A DNA stretch of 44,203 bases, from positions 1 through 44,203 of the forward strand of contig DASUKS010000265.1 in the NCBI GenBank assembly GCA_036278595.1. The letters are read 5' to 3'. The position numbers were made by a program, and so were the translations under genes. Below are positions 29,195-38,330 of this stretch, piece after piece (the first letter of the stretch is position 1; every line of letters starts with the position of its first letter). A model generated the notes under the pieces. That model was not told where the DNA came from and searched no databases. It worked only from the letters and a program-made list of their open reading frames with translations. This DNA is from Dehalococcoidia bacterium (lineage in GTDB: Bacteria > Chloroflexota > Dehalococcoidia > DSTF01 > JACRBR01).

Positions 29195-30112
29195 ATGTCC
29201 CCGAAGAAGCGCCCGAACGCCGCCGCCGCCCGGCTGTCCGTGCTCGCCGCCACCGCCGACGACGAGACCATCGTCCGGACGGCGATAGAGCTGCTCGGCG
29301 CGCGCGATCGGCTCTCGCGAGAGGCCGCGCTCGATACGCTCCTCGCGCATCCGGACGCGAGCGCGCGCCCCATGCTGCGGTCGATGTTCTTCGACCTCGA
29401 CGAAGACGGGCTGAAGCGCGACCAAGGCGCCATCATGCGCATCGCGATCGTGCGCATCCTGCGCGCGCTCGGGGATGCGCGCGACGCCGATGTCGCGCTC
29501 GCCGCCTGCGATACGTACGAGATCGCGTTCGGCGAGGACATCGCAGCCTCCCTGCGGGCGCACGGGCTGATGCTGCTCGCCGACCTCGCACCGGACCGCT
29601 TTCCGTTCATCGCCGTCGAACATCTCGAGGACCGCGGCCCCAACGGCGAGCCGGCCAACACCGCATTCCAGCTCCTCGCGGGCAGCGGCAATCACGCCGC
29701 CATCTACCAGTGGCTCCTTGGCGCCAATCCTGCAGACCCGCTGATCGCCGGCGTGTTCGAGCTGCTGGCCGAAGGCCCGCCGGAGCCCGTCGAGCGCTAC
29801 GCCCGTCGCGCGCTCGCGGCCGCCACGCGCGAGGGCGGCGAAGCGCTCGCCACGGCTGTCGTCGAAGCTGTGATCCGGCTCGAGCTCGAGGCCTGCTACC
29901 CCGCGGTCGGCGGCCTCATGTCAGCGAAGATTTCCGACGAGCTCTACAACTATCTCGCCGTCCTGCTCGCATCGACGAACCGGTCGCCGCTGCTCGCCAT
30001 CCTCGAGGAGCAACTACGCCACGGCCGCCGCTCGAACATCATCGAAGCGGCCCTGCGCGTCCGCACGACGCCCGAGCAGGAAGCCATTCTGCGTCGTTGG
30101 GAGGAGCGCTGA
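29195..30112 (+). CDS. Hypothetical all-helical (HEAT/ARM-repeat-like) protein
   Basis: A 305-aa Leu/Ala-rich product with repeated helix-pair segments (AIELLGARD...ALDTLLAHPD...IVRILRALGDARD). The antisense ORFs are low-complexity. No SD. CATACT lies 5 nt before the ATG. Confidence 0.6.
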   Translation: MSPKKRPNAAAARLSVLAATADDETIVRTAIELLGARDRLSREAALDTLLAHPDASARPMLRSMFFDLDEDGLKRDQGAIMRIAIVRILRALGDARDADVALAACDTYEIAFGEDIAASLRAHGLMLLADLAPDRFPFIAVEHLEDRGPNGEPANTAFQLLAGSGNHAAIYQWLLGANPADPLIAGVFELLAEGPPEPVERYARRALAAATREGGEALATAVVEAVIRLELEACYPAVGGLMSAKISDELYNYLAVLLASTNRSPLLAILEEQLRHGRRSNIIEAALRVRTTPEQEAILRRWEER

Positions 30113-30116
30113 TCGC

Positions 30117-31202
30117 CTAGCCGACTGCGCGCCACGCATCGAGCTTGCGCTGCGCCTCGCCGGATTCGAGCGAAGCGCGTGCACGCTCTATCGCCGAAGG
30201 TAGATCCGCTGCGCGGCCGGTGAGTTCGATGCGCAGCGCCGCGTTCAGCAGCACGAGGTCACGCTGCGGTGGCGTTGCGCTCCCGTCGAGCACGGCGAGC
30301 GTCATGCGTGCCGACCGCTCGGCATCACCCGGCGCGATGTCGGCGTCGGTCGCCGGCTGCAGCCCGAAGTCGCCCGGCTCGAGCCGCATCTCCGTCTGTC
30401 CGGCGGAAGCGTCGATCTCGATCACGCGCGTCCCGCGCGACGTCGTCGCATCCTCGTGGCCTTCCATGCCCTGCACCACCATCGTACGGAGCCATGGCAT
30501 GCCGGCGATCGTCGGCGCCAGGTGCTTCAGATACGGCATGTGCGCCACGCCGAGCAGGTGGTACGGCGCGTTGCCGAGGTCGTAGATCTTCTCGATGGCA
30601 TGAACCGGCGTACGCAGCCCGAGTTCGCGCCGGATCGGCAGCAGCGTGTGCAGCGAAGGCACGACCCGCGCCTGCCGCGCGTAGCCCAGCCCGCACGCCT
30701 CGATGCCGCGCTCGATCGCTTCGGGCTCGAGGTCTGTGTTCACGCCGAGCGCCCGCAGCACCTCGCCGATCGGCAGCCCCGCCTTCGGTCCGACATCGTG
30801 TTCGCCGTGCATGAGCACCGGCACCCCGGCCGCCGCCGCGACGATGCTCGCCGCCGGGCTCACGATGACGTGTTTCAACCGTCCGTCGTACGGGCTGCCG
30901 ACATCGAGCAGGCCCTCGACCTTCGGATGTAGCAGCCGCGCCCGTGCCCGCACCGCATCGATGTACCCGAGCAGCTCCTCCGGCGCCTCGCTGCGGTAGC
31001 GCTGCAGGACCAGCAGCGCTCCCACCTGCGCCGGCGTCGCCACGCCGTCGAGCATCGCGCCCATCGCTTCGCGCGCTTCCTCGCGCGTGAGATAGCGCCC
31101 ATTCGTCGGGCCCTGCCCGACCGCGAACACGAGGTGCCGGATCCCCACCTTCGGCCGTTGCTCCGTCGTCACGATCGAAGTGTAACGACGCTGCCCGCAC
31201 AT
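30117..31202 (-). CDS. Anthranilate phosphoribosyltransferase-like (glycosyl transferase family 3) protein, atypical
   Basis: N-terminal helical domain ([40 protein letters not shown]) and the alpha/beta domain layout of TrpD-family proteins. Start placed at ATG 31202 after GGAAGG. The remainder of the 823-aa ORF is antisense to the carboxyltransferase gene. Confidence 0.75.
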   Translation of the reverse strand: MCGQRRYTSIVTTEQRPKVGIRHLVFAVGQGPTNGRYLTREEAREAMGAMLDGVATPAQVGALLVLQRYRSEAPEELLGYIDAVRARARLLHPKVEGLLDVGSPYDGRLKHVIVSPAASIVAAAAGVPVLMHGEHDVGPKAGLPIGEVLRALGVNTDLEPEAIERGIEACGLGYARQARVVPSLHTLLPIRRELGLRTPVHAIEKIYDLGNAPYHLLGVAHMPYLKHLAPTIAGMPWLRTMVVQGMEGHEDATTSRGTRVIEIDASAGQTEMRLEPGDFGLQPATDADIAPGDAERSARMTLAVLDGSATPPQRDLVLLNAALRIELTGRAADLPSAIERARASLESGEAQRKLDAWRAVG

Positions 31203-31343
31203 CCGCCTTCCACGCCCACCGAGATTCACACAGCTTCGCCCACTCGCCCGTCCAGCCGTCAGCTTCCAGCCGCCGAACCAGATACGAGAATGGGCCCGCG
31301 GCATGCGATTCCCCGCGAGATTACCCTCTGCTACCATCCGGGC

Positions 31344-32894
31344 ATGTCGAACGACGAACGCCTCAAACGACTCCTCCAGATGAAAGACCAGGCGCGCCTC
31401 GGCGGCGGCGCCCGGCGTATCGAAGCCCAGCACGAGCGCGGCAAGATGACCGCCCGCGAGCGGCTGGACATCCTGCTCGACCCCGGCACGTTCGAGGAGC
31501 TCGACCAGCTCGTTGTGCACCGCGCGACCGAGTTCGGCATCGACAAGCAGCACTACCTCGGCGACGCCGTCGTCACCGGCTACGGCAAGATCGATGGCCG
31601 CGGTGTCTTCGTGTTCTCGCAAGACTTCACCGTCTTCGGCGGCTCCCTGTCCGAAGCGATGGGCGAGAAGATGTCGAAGATCATGGACCTCGCGATGAAG
31701 ACCGGCGCACCTGTGATCGGCCTCAACGATGGCGGCGGCGCGCGCATCCAGGAGGGCGTCGCGAGCCTCGCCGGCTTCGGGGACGTCTTCCTGCGCAACA
31801 CGCTCGCCTCCGGCGTCATTCCGCAGATCTCGGCGATCATGGGACCGTGCGCGGGCGGCGCGGTGTACTCGCCGGCGCTCACCGACTTCATCTTTATGAC
31901 GCAGAACACGTCGCAGATGTTCATCACCGGCCCGGAGGTCATCAAGTCCGTGACCGGCGAAGACGTGACGCACGAAGAGCTCGGCGGCGCGATGGCGCAC
32001 GCTACCCGCAGCGGCGTCTGCCATTTCGCCATCGACAACGAAGAGGACACGCTGCTCGAGATCCGCCGGCTGCTCTCTTTCCTGCCGCTGAACAACATGG
32101 AAGACCCGCCGTTGATGGAGACCGGCGACGACGTGCACCGGCGCTCCGAGCGTCTGCTCGAGGTCGTGCCCGACGACGCGACGAAGAGCTACGACGTCCG
32201 CGAGGTCATCCACGACATCGTCGACGCCGGCGACTTCATGGAAGTGCATGCGCAGTGGGCGCAGAACATGGTCGTCGGCTTCGCGCGGCTCGCCGGGCGC
32301 ACGGTGGGAGTCGTCGCGAACCAGCCGCTCTACCTGGCCGGGGTGCTCGACATCGACTCCTCGCGTAAGGCGGCGCGCTTCGTGCGCTTCTGCGACGCAT
32401 TCAACATCCCGATCCTCACGCTCGTCGACGTCCCGGGCTTCCTGCCGGGCGTCGCGCAGGAGTACGGCGGCATCATCACCCACGGCGCCAAGCTCGTCTT
32501 CGCCTACTCGGAGGCCACCGTGCCGAAGGTGACCGTCATCCTGCGGAAGGCGTACGGGGGCGCGTACGACGCGATGGGCTCGAAGCACCTGGGCGCCGAC
32601 ATGAACTTCTCATGGCCGCAGGGTGAGATCGCCGTAGTCGGGCCGGAGCCCGCGGTGAACATCCTCTACCGTACGCGGCTGCAGGAGTCGGAGGACGCCG
32701 CCGGCGAGCGCGCGAAGCTCGTCGCCGGGTACGCCGACCGCTTCGCGAACCCGTACGTCGCCGCCTCCCGCGGGTATGTCGACGAGGTCATCGACCCCCG
32801 CGACACGCGCTTCAAGGTGATCCGCGCCCTCGAGATGCTGCGCACCAAGTCGGACGCCCTCCCCGCTAAGAAGCACAGCAACCTGCCGCTGTAG
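31344..32894 (+). CDS. Acyl-CoA carboxylase carboxyltransferase (beta) subunit, propionyl-/methylmalonyl-CoA type
   Basis: [132 protein letters not shown]. These are classic PccB/AccD5-type motifs. Confidence 0.92.
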   Translation: MSNDERLKRLLQMKDQARLGGGARRIEAQHERGKMTARERLDILLDPGTFEELDQLVVHRATEFGIDKQHYLGDAVVTGYGKIDGRGVFVFSQDFTVFGGSLSEAMGEKMSKIMDLAMKTGAPVIGLNDGGGARIQEGVASLAGFGDVFLRNTLASGVIPQISAIMGPCAGGAVYSPALTDFIFMTQNTSQMFITGPEVIKSVTGEDVTHEELGGAMAHATRSGVCHFAIDNEEDTLLEIRRLLSFLPLNNMEDPPLMETGDDVHRRSERLLEVVPDDATKSYDVREVIHDIVDAGDFMEVHAQWAQNMVVGFARLAGRTVGVVANQPLYLAGVLDIDSSRKAARFVRFCDAFNIPILTLVDVPGFLPGVAQEYGGIITHGAKLVFAYSEATVPKVTVILRKAYGGAYDAMGSKHLGADMNFSWPQGEIAVVGPEPAVNILYRTRLQESEDAAGERAKLVAGYADRFANPYVAASRGYVDEVIDPRDTRFKVIRALEMLRTKSDALPAKKHSNLPL

Positions 32895-33014
32895 ACCTCG
32901 CGCACATCCCCGCTAAGGCGACTCGCGCGAGCAGTAACGGCGTAATTTAACTGCGTCTCTCGCATCCCGAAACGGTTGAGTTGTCGCGGCCGCCGCGCAA
33001 CCTGGCAGAGCGGT

Positions 33015-33980
33015 TCACGCAGGTCCGGCGGCCGCCGCTCGCGGCGTTCCGCGGCGATACACGAGGAGCAGGCTAATCGCGCCGAGCGCGATCGGGATCC
33101 ACAGATCGAAGAGCCGGAACGCAACGGTGATCGCGATCGCGTGCGGCGCGTCCACGCCAAACGAGATCAGCAGGAAGGTCATCGACGCCTCAACGAAGCC
33201 CAGCCCGGCAGGCGTGAATGCGATGATGCCGAACAGCAACGAGATCGCGTACACCGCCATCGCCGTCACGAACGACACGTCCGCATGCAGCGCCGCCGCG
33301 ATGATGAGGAGGATCACGGCGCTCAGGAGCTCGACAAGCAGCGCGAACACAAACGGAAGAAGGTAGCGCACCGGACGGGCCATGGCGGCCTGAAGTGTGC
33401 GGTGGAGCTCCACGCCTGCCTCGTGCGCCCGCGCGACGGGGATCACCGGCCCTCGGCCGATTCTCCGCGCGACAGCGTTCACCGGCGCACCGCCGAGCAG
33501 CATGAGCCGCTCGAGCCGCGAGGGTTGGCGCGCCACGAACCAGCCGCCGCAGACCACGCCGGCTCCCAGCGAGATCACCACGACGGCGCCAATCACCTCA
33601 ACCATGTGCAGCGATCCATGCACATAGAGCAGCACGAGCGTCGCCGCCAGCACCACGAAGTACGCCACATAGCCGAGGAAGTGCCGCATCAGGTACGCCA
33701 CACTCGACTCCTGCGCGGAGTACGTCTGTCCGCGCGACTCGCGCGCATACAGCGCGATCCCCGCCACACCACCGGTCTTCGACACCACGTTCACGAAGTG
33801 CGATGCAAGGCTCAGCGGGAGGAACCGCCGCAGCCGCGCGGGCAGCCCGGCGGCCCGGAACGTATGCATCATGAAGAGCGCGAGGGCGAGCACATAGACG
33901 GTCTCGACTGCGACCGCGATGAGCATGAACGGCCAGTACGCGCCCCGCACGAGCGAGATCACCTGCCGCGCGTCGCCCAT
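33015..33980 (-). CDS. Flippase-like / LPG-synthase-TM (UPF0104) family membrane protein
   Basis: An 8-TM-like profile with a C-terminal AFTPAGLGFVEASMTFLL motif typical of the family. The first expected TM helix lies upstream of the first ATG (see findings), so the true 5' end is probably beyond 33980. Confidence 0.7.
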   Translation of the reverse strand: MGDARQVISLVRGAYWPFMLIAVAVETVYVLALALFMMHTFRAAGLPARLRRFLPLSLASHFVNVVSKTGGVAGIALYARESRGQTYSAQESSVAYLMRHFLGYVAYFVVLAATLVLLYVHGSLHMVEVIGAVVVISLGAGVVCGGWFVARQPSRLERLMLLGGAPVNAVARRIGRGPVIPVARAHEAGVELHRTLQAAMARPVRYLLPFVFALLVELLSAVILLIIAAALHADVSFVTAMAVYAISLLFGIIAFTPAGLGFVEASMTFLLISFGVDAPHAIAITVAFRLFDLWIPIALGAISLLLVYRRGTPRAAAAGPA

Positions 33981-34285
33981 CGCCGCGTAGCCGGCGACGG
34001 CGGCGAACGCGAGAAGCGCTGCCCAGAGCGCGTGTACCGGCGAAAACCGGAATCGGCCTCTCAGCCCCCCAGGGCCCGGGCCCGCCTCAGCTTGAAGAAC
34101 GTTACGAGTCAGCCAAGTTCACTGTCCTCATATGAGTGAGGATCCCTTTGGTTCATCGTAGCAGGTGAGGGCGAGCCGCATCACTACCCGGGGCCGTTGG
34201 TGCTGCCGTCGACGAGCGCGAGACGGGCGCCGGCCGGGGAGAGATCCGCTGCCCGTGACGCATCCAGGAGAGACCGCGGCGTCGG

Positions 34286-34744
34286 TTAGTCTGTGCGCCG
34301 CCAGGGCGCCCAGATAGCCACGAGGGCGACCACGGCGGCCGCGAACGACAGGAGCAGCGAGGCGCCGGCGCCTACCGCCAAGAGCAAGAGGAACAGCGCC
34401 GCGCCGCCAATCAGCCCGATCTCGAGGTTGCGCCCGGGCCAGCGCGCCCGCGTGAGCCGCGCCTGCTCGACGACCCAGTCGGCAAAGACATCGAGCACCC
34501 AGACGCCGGAGCCCTGCGCCTGCTGCAGGACGGCGGCCCCGCCCTGCACCTGCGGCCGCGGGGGCGCCGACTTCGGGTTCAACGTCGCATACGCCTCGTT
34601 GAGGCGTTCGATCTTCGCCGCCGCCTCGGGTGTATCACCGTTTGCCTGCGCGCCCCGGACCAGCCGCCAGTAGGCATCGGCGACCATGGCCCCGTCCGCG
34701 CTCGGGTGCAGGTTCAGAGTCTCGTAGGCCTGTGAACGGTCCAT
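34286..34744 (-). CDS. Membrane-anchored protein with degenerate J-like domain
   Basis: AYETLNLHPSADGAMVADAYWRLVRGAQ...IERLNEAYATL resembles J-domain helices I-III but lacks HPD. Two C-terminal TM helices follow. SD AGAGG lies 7 nt upstream. Confidence 0.5.
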   Translation of the reverse strand: MDRSQAYETLNLHPSADGAMVADAYWRLVRGAQANGDTPEAAAKIERLNEAYATLNPKSAPPRPQVQGGAAVLQQAQGSGVWVLDVFADWVVEQARLTRARWPGRNLEIGLIGGAALFLLLLAVGAGASLLLSFAAAVVALVAIWAPWRRTD

Positions 34745-34830
34745 CTGGCAACCTCTGAGAGAACTATCGGCACGGAGATACCAATCTTGCTGAGTGCCCG
34801 GCCCTTCGGACTGCGCTATGATTCGGCATC

Positions 34831-35817
34831 ATGGCGAACGACGAGGTCGCGGTAGCGGCCCCCACCGCAGCGCTCGCCGACACGGTCGCGGCTGCCCGCC
34901 CGGCCCCGGGCGCCCTCCCCCAGCTTCGCTACCTGCTCCGCTCCATGCGGCCGCGCCAGTGGACGAAGAACGGCATCGTCTTCTTGGCCCTCATCTTCTC
35001 GGTCGGCCAGCAGTACCACCTGACCGACTCCTCGACGTTCATACCCAAGCTGCTGGAGTCGCTCGTCGCCTTCGCCTGCTTCGCGATGGTATCCAGCGCC
35101 GATTACCTCGTTAACGATATTCGCGACATCGAGCAGGACCGCGTCCACCCCCGCAAGTCGAAGCGCCCCATCGCGGCCGGGCTGCTCCCGGTGAGCACCG
35201 CCTGGACGGCCGCCGTGGTGCTGGCCGTGATCGGGAATGCGGCGGCGTTCGCACTCGATTGGCGGGTCGGGCTCGTCGTCTTCGCCTACACGGTGCTGAT
35301 GGTCGGCTACTCCTACGCCCTGAAGCACATGGTGCTGATCGACCTGATGGTGATCGCCACGGGCTTCGTGTTGCGCGCCATGGCGGGCGCGCTTGCGATC
35401 GATGTGCCCATCTCGCCGTGGCTCTACGTTGTGACGGCGCTGGGCGCGCTCTTCCTCGGCATCAACAAGCGGCGTGCGGAACTGGACCTGCTGCAGGACG
35501 GCGCCGGGAGCCACCGCAAGATCCTCGACGAGTACACGCCGGAGCTGCTCGACCAGATGGCCTCGACCGTGACGGCGGCGACGCTGATGGCGTACGGGCT
35601 CTACACGTTCACGGCCGAAGGCCTTCCATCCGACCATTCGATGATGCTGACGATTCCCTTCGTGCTGTACGGCATCTTCCGCTACCTCTACCTCGTGAAC
35701 GTGAAGAAGGAAGGCGGCAGCCCGGAAGAGGTGCTGCTCAAGGACATCCCCATCATTCTCTGCATCGTCGGCTGGGTGGCGACCGCCGGCATCGTCCTGC
35801 TCGTCGCCCGCGGCTAA
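34831..35817 (+). CDS. UbiA-family prenyl-phosphate phosphoribosyltransferase (decaprenyl-phosphate 5-phosphoribosyltransferase-like)
   Basis: LRSMRPRQWTKNGIVFLALIFS, the Asp-rich motif ADYLVNDIRDIEQDRVHPRKSKRPIAAG, and 8-9 TM helices. This is the pattern of Rv3806c-type UbiA enzymes. Confidence 0.85.
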   Translation: MANDEVAVAAPTAALADTVAAARPAPGALPQLRYLLRSMRPRQWTKNGIVFLALIFSVGQQYHLTDSSTFIPKLLESLVAFACFAMVSSADYLVNDIRDIEQDRVHPRKSKRPIAAGLLPVSTAWTAAVVLAVIGNAAAFALDWRVGLVVFAYTVLMVGYSYALKHMVLIDLMVIATGFVLRAMAGALAIDVPISPWLYVVTALGALFLGINKRRAELDLLQDGAGSHRKILDEYTPELLDQMASTVTAATLMAYGLYTFTAEGLPSDHSMMLTIPFVLYGIFRYLYLVNVKKEGGSPEEVLLKDIPIILCIVGWVATAGIVLLVARG

Positions 35818-35826
35818 TCTCCTCAT

Positions 35827-35842
35827 TGTTTCACGTGAAACA
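35827..35842. promoter_or_regulatory. Perfect 16-bp palindrome TGTTTCACGTGAAACA (candidate operator)
   Basis: Read directly. It lies 10 nt after the UbiA-family stop, at the start of a 274-nt lower-GC intergenic region upstream of the lmo0937-like gene. As a hairpin it would be only 6 AT-rich bp, so a protein-binding site is more plausible. Confidence 0.3.
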
Positions 35843-36091
35843 TCTGGGCTCGGCGCGGGCGCTCGCTCGCGGTGCGTAGCACGCCATAGACATAGCCCGT
35901 CGTCGCCGACGAACAATCAATCGCCGTACCGCGCCGTATCGCAGCACGTTCCCGCTCCTCCGGCGCCTGGCTCTCGTTTTCATGACAATGCTCTGCGATG
36001 CACATGCCATTGGAACATCGCAACGGGTTGCGCGCAGTACATGACCGATAGGCAACGATGAGGGCCGGAGTAGTGCGAAAGGAGGCCTTTC

Positions 36092-36253
36092 ATGATCTCG
36101 CTGCTCTGGCTGCTGTTCCTGGTCCTACTGATCCTGTGGATCGTGGGATTCGCGGTGAACTGGGGTGCATTCATCTGGATCCTCCTGATCGCCGCGCTGG
36201 CGGTCCTCGTGCTGAATCTCATCTCAGCATCGAGAAGCGGACGCTGGTATTGA
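36092..36253 (+). CDS. lmo0937-family small membrane protein (53 aa), not in the supplied ORF track
   Basis: AAAGGAGG lies 6 nt before the ATG. Product is MISLLWLLFLVLLILWIVGFAVNWGAFIWILLIAALAVLVLNLISASRSGRWY. It has two TM helices with the LWLxGF...hIxILLxIA pattern of the family, and a strong terminator follows. Confidence 0.7.
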   Translation: MISLLWLLFLVLLILWIVGFAVNWGAFIWILLIAALAVLVLNLISASRSGRWY

Positions 36254-36272
36254 GCGAACTCGCGTCTGCAAC

Positions 36273-36304
36273 GAGGAGCCCCCGGCAATCGCCGGGGGCT
36301 CCTC
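36273..36304. terminator. Bidirectional Rho-independent terminator
   Basis: GAGGAGCCCCCGGC-AATC-GCCGGGGGCTCCTC, a perfect 14-bp stem, followed by ATTCTT. It lies between the convergent lmo0937-like and HtrA genes. Confidence 0.7.
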
Positions 36305-36321
36305 ATTCTTCCCGCGCCTCG

Positions 36322-37533
36322 CTAGCCGTTCGGGTTCTGGCCGAGTGTGAGTTGCGCGCTCTGCTTCTGACTGCCGCGGAAGTACGTGACGTTCACAGTC
36401 TCGCCTGGCTTGTGATTGCGCAGCACGTTCAGCATGTCACCGACGTTCGAGACGTTCTGCCCGGCGATCGAGACGATGATGTCCTGCGCCTGCAGACCGG
36501 CCTGTTCCGCCGGCGCGCCCGGCTGCACGCTGGTCACGCCCACACCCTCCGTGACCGGTAGGCTGAACGCCTCTGCGAGCGTCGGCGTGATGTCAGTCGC
36601 GGCGATCCCAATGTAGCCGCGCGTGATGTTGCCGCTCTTGATCAGCTCCTGGGCGATCGGCTGTACCAGCTGCGCCGAGATGGCGAAGCCGATGTTCTGG
36701 GAGTTCGCGATGCCGGCCGTGTTGATGCCGATGACGTCGCCGTCGACATCCACGAGCGGACCGCCAGAATTGCCCGGGTTGATGCTGGCGTCCGTCTGCA
36801 GCGCGGGGCTGATCGTCGTGTTTTGCTCCTGTATCGAGCGGGCCTTCGCACTGAGCACGCCGGTCGTGACGGTGGGCTCGCCCGGCAACGCGAACGCGAA
36901 GCCGATCGCAACGACGGTGTCGCCGACGTCGACGCTATTCACGTCGCCGAAGTGCGCGGGCTGCAGGTTCAGGCCGCTGGGGTCGATCTTGATCACGGCG
37001 AGGTCGGTCGCGGGGTCCCGTCCGACGATCGTCGCGTTCACCGTCTTCGAGGCGTTGATCGTGACGATGATGTTCTTCGCCGGCTGATTCGTGCCGACCG
37101 TCACGACGTGGTTGTTCGTGACGATATGGCCCTGGTTGTCGATGATCACGCCGGTGCCGACGCCGACCTCCTGCCCGCCGCCCACCGAGCCGAGGTTCGC
37201 AGCCTCCGTCTGGATGCGGACGACGGAGGGGGCGAGCTTCGTGACGATCGGGTGCACCGTGAAGGATGGGCCCTGCCCCGTGCTCGCCGTGCCGGTCGCC
37301 CCGGGCGTCGCGCTTCGCGTCGCCGTCGTCGTGCCCGCCGGTGTGGCGCTGTGCGCCGTCGTCGGGCTTGCGGCCTGCGTCGCCGGCGCCGTCGCGGCGA
37401 GCGAACTCGTCGCGACCGGCGATTGCGTCGCGGCCGGGGTCGAGGACGGCGTCTGGGATGCCGCCAGGCCAATGCCGAACAGCCCCATCATCGCAAGTGC
37501 GATGGGGATGATGGCCAATCGTGAGAGCTTCAT
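36322..37533 (-). CDS. HtrA/DegP-family serine protease (S1C) with one PDZ domain
   Basis: Catalytic triad contexts TNNHVV, DLAVIKI and GNSGGPLVD. PDZ segment GVGVTSVQPGAPAEQAGLQAQDIIVSIAGQNV. N-terminal TM/signal followed by an S/T/A/P-rich linker. SD GAGAGGTGGA upstream. Confidence 0.9.
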   Translation of the reverse strand: MKLSRLAIIPIALAMMGLFGIGLAASQTPSSTPAATQSPVATSSLAATAPATQAASPTTAHSATPAGTTTATRSATPGATGTASTGQGPSFTVHPIVTKLAPSVVRIQTEAANLGSVGGGQEVGVGTGVIIDNQGHIVTNNHVVTVGTNQPAKNIIVTINASKTVNATIVGRDPATDLAVIKIDPSGLNLQPAHFGDVNSVDVGDTVVAIGFAFALPGEPTVTTGVLSAKARSIQEQNTTISPALQTDASINPGNSGGPLVDVDGDVIGINTAGIANSQNIGFAISAQLVQPIAQELIKSGNITRGYIGIAATDITPTLAEAFSLPVTEGVGVTSVQPGAPAEQAGLQAQDIIVSIAGQNVSNVGDMLNVLRNHKPGETVNVTYFRGSQKQSAQLTLGQNPNG

Positions 37534-37835
37534 CGCTATCCACCTCTCTTCTCATCTGCTCCGCACCGCGCGACTCGCATGAGGCCCGATGCGCTGTTGC
37601 GAGTTTCTGAAAGCGTATGCAGCGAGGCGTAACGCTCCGGCTGCGACCGAACGATGCCGCTGTTGCGGAAGGATCGCGGTCGCGCGGCCTACCACACGCG
37701 GGTGAGGGCATCGCGGAGCTCAAGCAGGTGAACAGGGGCCGACGCCGATATAGAGGTGTCATAACGGACCGGCATTCGCTAACGCGCGCGCCACCGGCTC
37801 CGTCCTACCATCCAATCCAAAGCAGGAGGGCTGCG

Positions 37836-38312
37836 ATGGGCATACACGAGGACCGCGCCCCGCTGACCGCACAGGTACGGCTCGGACAGCATGTGATGAC
37901 GCGTGACGAAGAGGAGCTCGGCGTCGTCGGCCGGACGACGAGCAAGCAGTTCGAAGTGAATCCGCCCAGCGGTCGGTCGTACTGGCTGGAACGCCAATCC
38001 ATCGTGGCGGCGGAGGGCCGGGAGATCGTCGTCGGCTTTCCGCGACGGGACCTCGAACAGCGACGCCTGAAGGCGGACGAGGTCGATGTCACCGACGGCG
38101 TCACGCTCTCGGAGATCGACACAGAGGGCGCGATGAGTCCGGAGGAGAAGCGCCAGCAGCGCGAGATGGTCGAGCGCGACCTGACCGAACAGCGCGCACG
38201 GCTGGCGCAGGAGCACCACGCGCCAGGCGAAGACCGTTCGTACGGCGAGCCGGTCGAGTCCGAACTGCGACGCCTCGAAGATGACGACGGCCGCGGCCCG
38301 TCCGGCGATTGA
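37836..38312 (+). CDS. PRC-barrel/DUF2171-like protein with acidic helical tail
   Basis: ATG 37836 lies 7 nt after AGGAGG. VRLGQHVMTRDEEELGVVGRTTSKQFEVNPPSGRSYWLERQSIVAAEGREIVVGF resembles DUF2171. The family call is from memory. Confidence 0.55.
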   Translation: MGIHEDRAPLTAQVRLGQHVMTRDEEELGVVGRTTSKQFEVNPPSGRSYWLERQSIVAAEGREIVVGFPRRDLEQRRLKADEVDVTDGVTLSEIDTEGAMSPEEKRQQREMVERDLTEQRARLAQEHHAPGEDRSYGEPVESELRRLEDDDGRGPSGD

Positions 38313-38330
38313 CGCCGCGAGCGGCCCTCC

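Noticed and set aside
30117-32588. 823-aa minus-strand ORF
   Set aside because: Upstream of ATG 31202 it runs antisense through the well-supported carboxyltransferase gene, giving an R/D/H/A-rich product. Only 30117-31202 (TrpD-like) is credible.
35827-35842. The palindrome as a Rex (TTGTGAA-N4-TTCACAA) or CRP/FNR (TGTGA-N6-TCACA) site
   Set aside because: The half-sites are in the opposite orientation (TTTCAC-GTGAAA, abutting with no spacer), so it does not fit either consensus. I kept it only as an unassigned candidate operator.
32976-35916. Long ORFs 32976-34139 (+, 387 aa) and 34816-35916 (-, 366 aa)
   Set aside because: They are antisense to the flippase-like and UbiA-family membrane protein genes. 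The translations are extremely R/E/D/H-rich, with no hydrophobic core or motifs.
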